64,000 nucleotides of DNA from a virus, in the IMG/VR virus record IMGVR_UViG_3300038393_000573, positions 1 to 64,000 of that record; one strand, 5' to 3'. Within the stretch, counting starts at the first letter, position 1; the number at the start of each line of letters is the position of its first letter. The position numbers and the translations under genes were made by a program. Below are positions 16,068-23,781 of the stretch, piece by piece. The notes beneath the pieces were generated by a model that was not told where the DNA came from, made no database searches, and was given only the letters and a program-made list of their open reading frames with translations.

Positions 16068-16334
16068 ATGCAACTCACTCCCGCTCAAATCACCATGATT
16101 GAAGCCCGTGAAGACCTCGCGGAATTCCTGACCCGCTCCCCGGAGTCTCAAGCCCGCGCCATCGCCCGCTGGGAAGCCATTGATGCTAGGGAATCTGCAG
16201 AATCTTCAGAATCTGCCCGGCTGGATGCTGAATCCCTTGCACGGTACAAAGCAGCCCCTCAACTGCCCGGACCCCCTAAAGGCTATGCTTACCACGTGGG
16301 GCAGGCAAGCCGTAGACGTATGCGCAAGGGCTGA
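16068..16334 (+). CDS. hypothetical protein
   Basis: GGAG SD; ORF track. Confidence 0.65.
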   Translation: MQLTPAQITMIEAREDLAEFLTRSPESQARAIARWEAIDARESAESSESARLDAESLARYKAAPQLPGPPKGYAYHVGQASRRRMRKG

Positions 16335-16366
16335 CGGCCCTTTTAAACGCCCTAGGAGGCTTTTTC

Positions 16367-16645
16367 ATGGCAAAGATACCCTACCCCATAGCCAAAGCCC
16401 GAAAAGAGGCCCTAGAGGCCGATACGCAGGCCGCAGGGGCCATTCTAGCGAATGGGTTTCCCAAAGGCCCTATGGGGCTGACACCTGACAACGTGAAAGC
16501 CTCCCCAGAGTGGCAAGAGGCAAGCCGGGCTTACGCTACAGCCTTTCAGCAACTGCGCGATTTCAATGAATGGTTTCTCAAGGAATACGCCAAAGAGGAA
16601 AAGGCCGACAGGGAAGCCCGTAGGAAAGCTAGGCAAAAGCCCTGA
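16367..16645 (+). CDS. hypothetical protein
   Basis: AGGAGG SD; ORF track. Confidence 0.65.
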   Translation: MAKIPYPIAKARKEALEADTQAAGAILANGFPKGPMGLTPDNVKASPEWQEASRAYATAFQQLRDFNEWFLKEYAKEEKADREARRKARQKP

Positions 16646-16660
16646 GCAGAAACGACAAAA

Positions 16661-16689
16661 GGACCATACCCTTACGGTATGGCCCTTTT
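16661..16689 (+). terminator. intrinsic terminator ending the early + strand block
   Basis: GGACCATACC-cttac-GGTATGGCCC followed by TTTT. Confidence 0.7.
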
Positions 16690-17192
16690 ACTAGCATCCC
16701 ACGTAGGGAAGCTCAGATTCTCTTTTCTTCTAGGATTCTTAGAAGGATTGTTTCCCTAGACTCATCCATCTAACGATGGATTCAAACACCATTGGAAGAT
16801 GCTGAAGCTATACGCTTTAGCCTGATGTCTCATCCTCTCCCCTTATGTACTCTCTTATGCAGTATCAGGGGGATTATGCCTCATCTTATATGCTTAAGCA
16901 TATGTTTAAGCCTTGCCTTAGCCTCTGCCTCTACCTCTACATCTCTTACACCCCCTGACCCCCCTCAATGGCTGAATTGTACCAATAATACAACACCTTG
17001 TCAAGATACGTAAAACTACGTATGCAGGTAGGCTGAAACGAGCTAAGGCATTGATTCGCAAGGCTAAAACAGAAAACTACGTAGTGACTTAGGTAGCTTA
17101 CTAGCCGTCAGGATGTTGTCAGCCTTTAGGCAATTTTCAGCATCCATGAATTATGAAAACGCCGTGGCCGTATATCGTAAACGCGCCGCCGA

Positions 17193-17228
17193 ATGGGGCA
17201 ATGCTGGGGCAATGCTGGGGCATTGGCT
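17193..17228. repeat. tandem 11-bp iteron-like repeats (GGGGCAATGCT about 2.5 times)
   Basis: Read directly; related single copies at 2073-2094 and 10443-10456. Confidence 0.7.
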
Positions 17229-17558
17229 GGCGACATTTGCTAGAAAAGGGGCTAGGAAATAGCTGTATAAACATACAGGGAAGAGGCATACTGTATGGAC
17301 GTACACTGTTAAGGCGTACAGTAGCAGGCTGGGTTGGCTGGAGTGTCTGAAAAACAGACATAAGCTTGACTCTTTGGACATGGGCTAGGGCTGTTACTGA
17401 CCAATGGGACAGTAAAAAGCTTGATTGGTTCCATTCACAGCGCGTGCTTGCTATTAACGCAGTAGAAATGAAAGAATCTTGCGTCAAAGCACCCCCTAGC
17501 GCAACATTCTTACAAACCGTGGTAAGAAAACAACAACGAACGAAAGCAGCAAACGATC

Positions 17559-18224
17559 TTATTGCCTCCAGCGCGAAAGCATGTTAGCTACTGTAGTAGC
17601 TCCCCATGCCCCGCCCCTAGCTGTCGGTACACCCGTAGCGTTAAGCTCGTTAGCCACCTGTGCGATAGTCATCCCTGCAGCCCTCATACGCTCGATGGTG
17701 GGCCGCATACGGGCCGCGAAATCATCAGCCTGCCTACGCTGTACGTCGCGCCCGCTGGAGCCCGCATAGGCTAGATTCTTCGGATTGCCAAGCTTCACAC
17801 CGCGAGCCTTAAGGGCCGCAAGCCCCGCTTTGGTACGCTCACCTATCAGACGCCTTTCCTTCTCCGCTAGGGCTGCATACAGGTGAAGCACGAAGGGGTC
17901 AACATCATCCCCTAACTCCGCGACCACGAACCTAACGCCCTGTGCCATGAGCCCGCTGATAAACGCAACATCGCGGCTCAGCCGGTCAAGCTTCGCCACC
18001 AGCACCGTAGCCTTAGCGTGCCGGGCTTGGAATAGCAGCCGCTGCAGGATGGGACGCCCGGGCAGGGGCAGGCCCCCACTGGCGACCTCTACGGATTCAC
18101 CCTGCAGGCTGTAGCCTGCCCCCTGTGCGAATGCTTGGACGGCCTTAGCCTGTGCCTCTAGGCCGTTGCGGCTGTCACCCTGCTCACGAGTGGAAACACG
18201 GTAATAGGCGAATGCGGGACGCAT
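17559..18224 (-). CDS. small serine recombinase (resolvase/invertase family)
   Basis: GGAGGTG SD; N-terminal YYRVSTREQ catalytic-Ser motif; LDRLSRD; C-terminal HTH-like [15 protein letters not shown]. Confidence 0.85.
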   Translation of the reverse strand: MRPAFAYYRVSTREQGDSRNGLEAQAKAVQAFAQGAGYSLQGESVEVASGGLPLPGRPILQRLLFQARHAKATVLVAKLDRLSRDVAFISGLMAQGVRFVVAELGDDVDPFVLHLYAALAEKERRLIGERTKAGLAALKARGVKLGNPKNLAYAGSSGRDVQRRQADDFAARMRPTIERMRAAGMTIAQVANELNATGVPTARGGAWGATTVANMLSRWRQ

Positions 18225-18495
18225 GGGAACACCTCCGATGAATGATCGAAGGGGCCATTATAGGCCAAAAATCAAAACAGCAAAGGGTCCAATGATGTTT
18301 TGTAGGCTGGCACAGGACGCGATTAGAGGCCCTACACGCTCGCGCGGCCACAGGAGTACACTACCCCTTGCCGATGCCCTGAAACGAGCCCTAAACGATA
18401 CTTTATCGGCTCCGCTGGGGCATTCCGGGCCGTTTGCCGCCCTACTAAACCAACCTCTCAACCTCGCTCGATATTTGCCCCTACGAAGTAGAAAC

Positions 18496-18631
18496 TTATC
18501 CACAGCTTATCCAGTATCTATGCGGCTTCCCGCTATATTTTTGCTTCTTTCCTGCCTAGCGTAAGCCTGCTACCGCTTGCCTGTGGACATCCTGTGGATA
18601 ACTTCGTTGCTCCCTTCCTTCCTGTGGATAA
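18496..18631. promoter_or_regulatory. DnaA-box cluster
   Basis: Perfect TTATCCACA at 18496-18504 (+) and as TGTGGATAA at 18593-18601 and 18623-18631; near-matches at 18507-18515 and 18582-18590. Confidence 0.7.
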
Positions 18632-18754
18632 CCTGTGAAAAGCTACATTGGAGTAGCATTCGTAGCTCGTTTGAGCTTCAAATGCAGCAAAGCCCGCTAC
18701 AGCAGATGCCATAGCGGGCCTATATTTCCACACTGATTGTAGGGTTATTACGTG

Positions 18755-19255
18755 CTAGCCTGCCGTCTCGCCCACGCCCCATTCCATTCCGCCATCATGG
18801 GTCAGGCCAAGGTGTTTCGCCTTCAGCAGGTTGGTCATCGTGTCCCACGAGTTGAGCATCAGCATCCCGCCCGGAATGTCCGGGCTCTTGACGTGACAGC
18901 CCCACACAGCCAAGTCCCAGCGGGGGCCGCGATATTCGGGAGGCTGCACCCAAAACCAGAAGTCTTCCTCAGGGACATCGTACCCGAGCTTGTCACGCAC
19001 GAGAACGGCAAGGCGCTTAGCAAGCTTGCGGGCTGTCGGCCCGTCGCCGGGTCGGCATGGGCGCTTCCGTGGCTTCGGAGGAACGTAATCGGGGCCGTAG
19101 AACTTCGCATCCAGCTTTGCAATCAACTTGTCCAACGGAGGGTACGCTTCTTCGTGGCACTCCCAATGCATTTGCGACACAGTGTGCCAAGGCTCGCCCG
19201 GCAGGATGGGTTTGCCGCAGTGTTTGCAGGCTAGCTGTTCGTCGTCACTCTCCAT
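18755..19255 (-). CDS. hypothetical protein with N-terminal CxxC
   Basis: ORF track 166 aa; start overlaps the end of the upstream ORF. Confidence 0.7.
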   Translation of the reverse strand: MESDDEQLACKHCGKPILPGEPWHTVSQMHWECHEEAYPPLDKLIAKLDAKFYGPDYVPPKPRKRPCRPGDGPTARKLAKRLAVLVRDKLGYDVPEEDFWFWVQPPEYRGPRWDLAVWGCHVKSPDIPGGMLMLNSWDTMTNLLKAKHLGLTHDGGMEWGVGETAG

Positions 19256-19439
19256 AGCGTTTCATCCTGTGCTCCATGCACGTCTTGCTATGGTCGCAGG
19301 CTCCCCCGCCTTTGCGATGAGGAAACCAATAGCCTCCACAGTTGCAGACGATTCTACCACGTTTGTCCCGCTGAGGGCCAAAGCTACGGGCTGCAGCGGA
19401 GTAGTGAGTGGGCCAACCGCCTTTGGGCATATTTTTCAT
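19245..19439 (-). CDS. small Cys/His-rich protein
   Basis: ORF track; CNCGGYWFPHRKGGGACDH. Confidence 0.6.
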   Translation of the reverse strand: MKNMPKGGWPTHYSAAARSFGPQRDKRGRIVCNCGGYWFPHRKGGGACDHSKTCMEHRMKRYGE

Positions 19440-19443
19440 AAGG

Positions 19444-19695
19444 TCATTGCTTCCTCCAAAGCCGTCTGAAGAAACTCACAGGAACAGGAACTTCCTTCGG
19501 CTCCCACAGTTTTCCATCGGGTCCACAACGGTACGAATGACGCATCATCGAAGCGGGGGAATATTTGAACCCTCCATGAACGAGGTTGGGTGTCCCAGTC
19601 TTAGGATGCATACACTCTATCTGCGACCAATCCAGCACTACAGCGTGTTTGCAATCTACGCAAGCTTTGTGGGACATCAGAGACTGAGCCATCAC
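19444..19695 (-). CDS. hypothetical Cys-rich protein
   Basis: ORF track; tight spacing within the operon. Confidence 0.6.
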   Translation of the reverse strand: MMAQSLMSHKACVDCKHAVVLDWSQIECMHPKTGTPNLVHGGFKYSPASMMRHSYRCGPDGKLWEPKEVPVPVSFFRRLWRKQ

Positions 19696-19886
19696 ACGAG
19701 CCTCCGTGCCATGTTCAAGTGATTCTTCAGGGCATACAGGTATTGGTCTGCCCGTCTCTCTGCTTCGTTCGTGGTGAAGAAAGACAAATAGTAGCTAATA
19801 AGGATGTCCCGAAGGTTGGGCTCGTCGGCGGTGCAGCCGTTGATTCGTGGTGTGCACGAAACGAGGTCGCGGACGGTGATGCTCAT
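19692..19886 (-). CDS. hypothetical protein
   Basis: 4-nt overlaps on both sides. Confidence 0.55.
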   Translation of the reverse strand: MSITVRDLVSCTPRINGCTADEPNLRDILISYYLSFFTTNEAERRADQYLYALKNHLNMARRLV

Positions 19887-20128
19887 GTCTTGATCCTCCA
19901 GAAGATGTCGGAAACGAGGCCGAAACGTTCATTCACGTACACCTTTTGCAGCTTCCTCCATGCCTTTGCATGCCACGTTGTGATGCGACACCACGCGATG
20001 GGCCGTTTACGCGGCTTCCAGCACTGCCCGGTAAAAGGGTCGTAGCCTTTGTCCTTCACCGGAAACTTAACTGTGTCCGGGTAGCCGTGCATTGCTGTAC
20101 GCAGCTTGCGTAGGGCTCTGAGACTCAT
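19883..20128 (-). CDS. hypothetical basic protein
   Basis: 4-nt overlaps on both sides. Confidence 0.55.
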   Translation of the reverse strand: MSLRALRKLRTAMHGYPDTVKFPVKDKGYDPFTGQCWKPRKRPIAWCRITTWHAKAWRKLQKVYVNERFGLVSDIFWRIKT

Positions 20129-20382
20129 TTCGATGCCAACCCTTCTTCTTGCAGGACACGGAGAATGGCTGCGGGCACGGGATCAGTATCAGGCCACGTG
20201 CGACGGAAGAAGTTGCGAACATCCACGGTGCAAGACCTATGCCCACGAGCCCACGTCTGAAACACCACTTCCACGTCCTTCCTGTACTTGCCTTCAACAC
20301 CCTTTTTCAGCATGCCCGGCCTAGCCGGGAGCCCCGGCATACCGAACAAGCAATCGATTTCGAATTCATCGCGTAGATTCAT
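20125..20382 (-). CDS. hypothetical protein
   Basis: ORF track; coupled to downstream ORF. Confidence 0.55.
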   Translation of the reverse strand: MNLRDEFEIDCLFGMPGLPARPGMLKKGVEGKYRKDVEVVFQTWARGHRSCTVDVRNFFRRTWPDTDPVPAAILRVLQEEGLASK

Positions 20383-20388
20383 TGTTTC

Positions 20389-20928
20389 TCACTTTCCACC
20401 TAAGATGATGTTGCGAGAGGCTTGGTACTTGTCCCATGCCCTCTGGTTTTCCTGCACGCCAGCAACGTCCACCTTGACTTGAGGCTCATACTCAATCTCA
20501 TCCAGTTGCAGGCCCATTTCCACGGAATACATCCGCGTCTTGCGCAGAGAGGGCTCCCACCGTTCGGCCCGCTCCCCCGTCAGCCTCGGCGCGACGAAGC
20601 GTTTGATGCCGCCTTGTGCCATGTGTACGAAACAACGATCACAGGAAGCAAACGGCCACGTGTACAGCGTAGCTCCTTCAGCGGCAGGACCAGCCTGCAG
20701 CAGTGCGTTCATTTCGCAGTGGATGATGCGGCTGTACTTTTGCTCGCGGTCTGCGTACAGGTGCTCCATGTCAAACATCGGACGCGGGAAGCCGTTGTAG
20801 CCGATGAAGACACCCTTACGGTCGGCAGTGACGATCACAGCCCCGGTTTGCGTGCTAGGGTCTTTGGACCACGATGCCACTAGCACAGCAAGGTCCAGAA
20901 ACCGCTTATCCCATTTTTCGTTGCTCAT
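20389..20928 (-). CDS. dCMP deaminase (cytidine/deoxycytidylate deaminase family)
   Basis: Zinc motifs HCEMNA and SCDRC at the spacing typical of ComEB/dCMP deaminases. Confidence 0.85.
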   Translation of the reverse strand: MSNEKWDKRFLDLAVLVASWSKDPSTQTGAVIVTADRKGVFIGYNGFPRPMFDMEHLYADREQKYSRIIHCEMNALLQAGPAAEGATLYTWPFASCDRCFVHMAQGGIKRFVAPRLTGERAERWEPSLRKTRMYSVEMGLQLDEIEYEPQVKVDVAGVQENQRAWDKYQASRNIILGGK

Positions 20929-21104
20929 ACGTCGTGCCCATCATCTAACGTGTTAAATACAATAGCTCCGTAAGCACGCCCGAGTAGGTTATCATGGGCT
21001 GCTTTCTTAGCTTCTTGGTAGGTTTCGAACATCGCCACCCCATTGTCGTCCACCAACGGAGTAATCCAGCCGTTCGCCATGTTCAACATCACAAACCAAT
21101 TCAT
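20925..21104 (-). CDS. hypothetical protein (59 aa)
   Basis: AAGGAG SD; ATGA coupling at both ends; below track cutoff. Confidence 0.5.
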   Translation of the reverse strand: MNWFVMLNMANGWITPLVDDNGVAMFETYQEAKKAAHDNLLGRAYGAIVFNTLDDGHDV

Positions 21105-21408
21105 CTTTTCTCCTTCAGGTTATGCACGTAGACAAACAGGCTGTGCCGGTAGGCTTGCTCGATCATGTCCCTTGTACCGTTACTGTGCCCGTCCCACACC
21201 GCCACCAGAGCATTAGCAAATCTTGCCATATCTCCGTTGCGCCAGTGCCCCGCTGCAGCGTTGTACGGTTTGCCCTTGCGGTCCCAGCACAGCCAGAAAC
21301 AATCTCCAGCGAGGCAGAGTGCAAGGCCCAAAGTCCACTGTCAATGATTGCCTGCCGCACGATGCCGTAGTCTTTGATGCTGCGGCTCCCTGCGACGATC
21401 AGTTTCAT
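21101..21408 (-). pseudogene. internally deleted, frameshifted DUF2493/YspA-type SLOG-domain gene
   Basis: Frame A gives MKLIVAGSRSIKDY...EIVSG. The same DNA in another frame continues WDRKGKPYNAAAGHWRNGDMARFANALVAVWDGHSNGTRDMI. The central GAxGAD segment is missing. Confidence 0.5.
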
Positions 21409-21785
21409 CAGAACATCTTGCCGTTTTCGTTCACGTAGGTCTGATGCGAGAGGTCCGCAACGAGCATTTTGTCGATGCCAGCCGCAGCAACGATTTTCGC
21501 AGCACGCACAACGCGCTGCGCTGACCTCAGTTCACGCTTGAGCGAACGCTGAAGGTCTTCCAATTGCTTGCGCTTCGACTGGAGCTTGGACAAAATAGCA
21601 TAGAAGGGCTTGTTGTATTCATCAGGCGTCACCTTGTAGTAGAGGCTGTGGCTGCCATCCACCAGTTCGTAGTGGTCCTTGTAAGGGGACAGCATCGCAG
21701 CCGTGGCATGGATTTCCCGGTAGACGGATGCAATATCCCTGCTGTTGCGGGCGATGAGGCTTTGAAGTTGATTTGGTTTCAGCAT
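21408..21785 (-). CDS. hypothetical protein
   Basis: AAGGAA SD; ORF track. Confidence 0.65.
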   Translation of the reverse strand: MLKPNQLQSLIARNSRDIASVYREIHATAAMLSPYKDHYELVDGSHSLYYKVTPDEYNKPFYAILSKLQSKRKQLEDLQRSLKRELRSAQRVVRAAKIVAAAGIDKMLVADLSHQTYVNENGKMF

Positions 21786-22015
21786 GTGGTAGTTTCCTTT
21801 CGTTTGTTGGTTTCTTCTTGCATAGCGAAGACGATAGCACGGTCAACGCTCATAGGCAAGGGCTCTTGCGGAGAAAATTGGAAGTACATAGACGTGCTAG
21901 AGCGGACAGCAAGCAGGCCATCGTTTTCCCATGCACAGATGTTGTGCACGTAGAACTTGGCACACAGCCAATCGTACTTCTCCTGCAGCGTGGGCTCGTT
22001 CGTCGGCTTAGGCAC
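21779..22015 (-). CDS. hypothetical protein (start uncertain)
   Basis: GTG overlapping the upstream TAA; frame of ORF 21779..22132. Confidence 0.45.
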   Translation of the reverse strand: MPKPTNEPTLQEKYDWLCAKFYVHNICAWENDGLLAVRSSTSMYFQFSPQEPLPMSVDRAIVFAMQEETNKRKETTTC

Positions 22016-22232
22016 GGTCTTGACCCGGAAGAATGATTTCGGGCTTGCCCTGCTCGCTAAGGATAGCTTTGATGCGTTGGTATTGGCTTGCAGTGATGGA
22101 AGGAACGAATCCCTCGTCCTTGAACGCGGCATTTTCGCAAATGAAGGTGAACGACGCGGTTTTTGGTGCGGGCATTTTCAGCAAGCCATCGAGGATGTTG
22201 CTAGGCTGTGCGGGGAGTTGGTTATTGCTCAT
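22008..22232 (-). CDS. hypothetical protein
   Basis: AAGGAA SD; ORF track. Confidence 0.6.
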   Translation of the reverse strand: MSNNQLPAQPSNILDGLLKMPAPKTASFTFICENAAFKDEGFVPSITASQYQRIKAILSEQGKPEIILPGQDRA

Positions 22233-22254
22233 TTGTTTCCTTTTCGTTGTGTTG

Positions 22255-22617
22255 CTATTTCATTAGGTCGCTGTATTGGTCAGGCGTAAGATCAAACTCC
22301 AGCCAATCTCCGCAGGGCTTCCACCACTTAGGACCATCATGGTCTGCATCCGGCCTCTCGTTGTGAAGCACTACGAACTCAAAGAAGTAAGGGTCCGTCT
22401 CTCTATCTAGCTCGTCCCACAGCCTAGCCTGCTCCACGCGGGGATTCTTTGAAGACCCCACGGGGATGATGGCGAACACATTGCCCGGTATCCCGAGAAG
22501 CCGGATAGCCCACTGTGCATTTACGCCTTCGGCAATGAGATTCAACAGGGCGGTGTAGAAGACGCCAAACGGTTTCTTGAGTACGTGCGCGGGCAAGAAC
22601 CCGATGAGGCCGAGCAC
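22255..22617 (-). CDS. hypothetical protein
   Basis: ORF track; start abuts the stop of the phosphoesterase gene. Confidence 0.6.
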   Translation of the reverse strand: MLGLIGFLPAHVLKKPFGVFYTALLNLIAEGVNAQWAIRLLGIPGNVFAIIPVGSSKNPRVEQARLWDELDRETDPYFFEFVVLHNERPDADHDGPKWWKPCGDWLEFDLTPDQYSDLMK

Positions 22618-23393
22618 TACGGGATATACGTAGTGACCTTGGAAAAGATTGGTGTTTGATTTTGCGCAGCCTCCAGCAACGCAGCCTTCTCAGCATCCGT
22701 CAGAGGGTCTGTGTTACCCCACTTCGTGCCAACGTCGCTCAGGAAGCTCACGCCCTCGCACTCCCCAACGTGGTTGATGTACCACTTCAAAAGTTTTTTG
22801 TAATCAACCTGCGGTTCATGGTGGTTGGCACGCGCAGGGAGCTTGTCCATAAGCGCCTTAATCTCCATGATGTTCAGCGGCTTGCCATGAGCATCCCAGC
22901 CCACGTCAAGCGCCTTGCCGGGCACGCCAGAAGGGTTGCCGTGCAAATGCCCGTGAAGGTGCCACGAGCCGTAGTGCTGCTTATGCCAGTGCATGATCGG
23001 GAAGTGGAACATGCACACAAGCTGTCCCGGTCCCTCAGGATTGATGGTGAACGTGCGCTCCAGATAGTGGTGGAACTCCGTCAGGTAAATCCTCACCTGC
23101 GTGGGCAGCAAAGCCCCTTCAGCGTTCTTCGTGCGGTGGTCGTGGTTGCCCTTCACAAGTACCTTCCTACCACGGATGGATGCGAGGATGTCCGCCGTAG
23201 CTTCAGGCTTGTGAAAGCTGAAGTCGCCAATGATGTAGAGGGTATCTTCCGGCTTCACGCACCTATTGAGTCCGTCAATGATCGCAGCGTCGTGTGCTTC
23301 CACGCTTGCACGGACACGATGTGGGCTGTCATATCGCTCCGTGTCAATCATCAGCCTATGGCCGAAATGGAGGTCACTCGTGAACCAATCCAT
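22617..23393 (-). CDS. calcineurin-like metallophosphoesterase
   Basis: SDLHFGH, IIGDFSFH, VKGNHDH, HGHLHG metal-ligand motifs in canonical order. Confidence 0.85.
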   Translation of the reverse strand: MDWFTSDLHFGHRLMIDTERYDSPHRVRASVEAHDAAIIDGLNRCVKPEDTLYIIGDFSFHKPEATADILASIRGRKVLVKGNHDHRTKNAEGALLPTQVRIYLTEFHHYLERTFTINPEGPGQLVCMFHFPIMHWHKQHYGSWHLHGHLHGNPSGVPGKALDVGWDAHGKPLNIMEIKALMDKLPARANHHEPQVDYKKLLKWYINHVGECEGVSFLSDVGTKWGNTDPLTDAEKAALLEAAQNQTPIFSKVTTYIP

Positions 23394-23394
23394 T

Positions 23395-23619
23395 TCAGTT
23401 GACCTCTTCTGCAGCAGCGATCAAGGCCAGTCCAACTTGCCGGGCCACTTCAGGGTCCAGCACAAGATCAATCTTGCTGAAGTATTCTTCAGCCTTCTTG
23501 CCTTCAGTGTGCAGTCGGACCATGCCAAGCCCGTCGCAGTCTGGGCCGATGGTCAACTCCCCGCCCGGTTCGCCCTCCAGCCAAACCCTTCGGATGATTT
23601 CAGTGTGTGCTTTCGCCAT
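23395..23619 (-). CDS. hypothetical protein
   Basis: AAGGAGAG SD before the internal ATG of ORF 23395..23637. Confidence 0.55.
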   Translation of the reverse strand: MAKAHTEIIRRVWLEGEPGGELTIGPDCDGLGMVRLHTEGKKAEEYFSKIDLVLDPEVARQVGLALIAAAEEVN

Positions 23620-23640
23620 AGTGTCTCTCCTTTTCAATGT

Positions 23641-23698
23641 TGGTGGACGGGACGGGAATCGAACCCGCCATGTGCACTTGTCCCAGCTTCACCCGCCC
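23641..23698 (-). ncRNA. 58-nt tRNA-like minihelix (acceptor stem with G3:U70, T arm and CCA; no anticodon arm)
   Basis: Minus strand: GGGCGGG-23 nt-GCGGG TTCGATT CCCGT-CCCGTCC-A-CCA. It has its own promoter and sits just after a terminator. Confidence 0.5.
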
Positions 23699-23707
23699 AA
23701 TGCGTGC

Positions 23708-23735
23708 ATCATACCACAGCAAGTAAGGAAAGCAA
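23708..23735 (-). promoter_or_regulatory. sigma70-like promoter TTGCTT-N16-TATGAT
   Basis: The -10 ends 9 nt upstream of G1 of the tRNA-like element. Confidence 0.55.
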
Positions 23736-23744
23736 GGCTTAAGC

Positions 23745-23776
23745 AAAAAAAAAGCCTACCGCCGAAGCAGTAGGCT
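23745..23776 (-). terminator. intrinsic terminator after the ClpP-like gene
   Basis: GCCTAC-N10-GTAGGC followed by T9 on the minus strand. Confidence 0.8.
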
Positions 23777-23781
23777 CATCG

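Noticed and set aside
17137-17587. ORFs 17137..17487 (-) and 17366..17587 (+) in the island left of the recombinase
   Set aside because: They have no SD, atypical composition and mutual overlap. The region is better explained as non-coding repeats.
23641-23698. tRNA-like element interpreted as an attP core for tRNA-targeted integration
   Set aside because: No tyrosine integrase or large serine integrase is present in the window. The element has its own promoter and a complementary 5' acceptor strand, which an attP fragment would not need. This cannot be fully excluded without the host genome.
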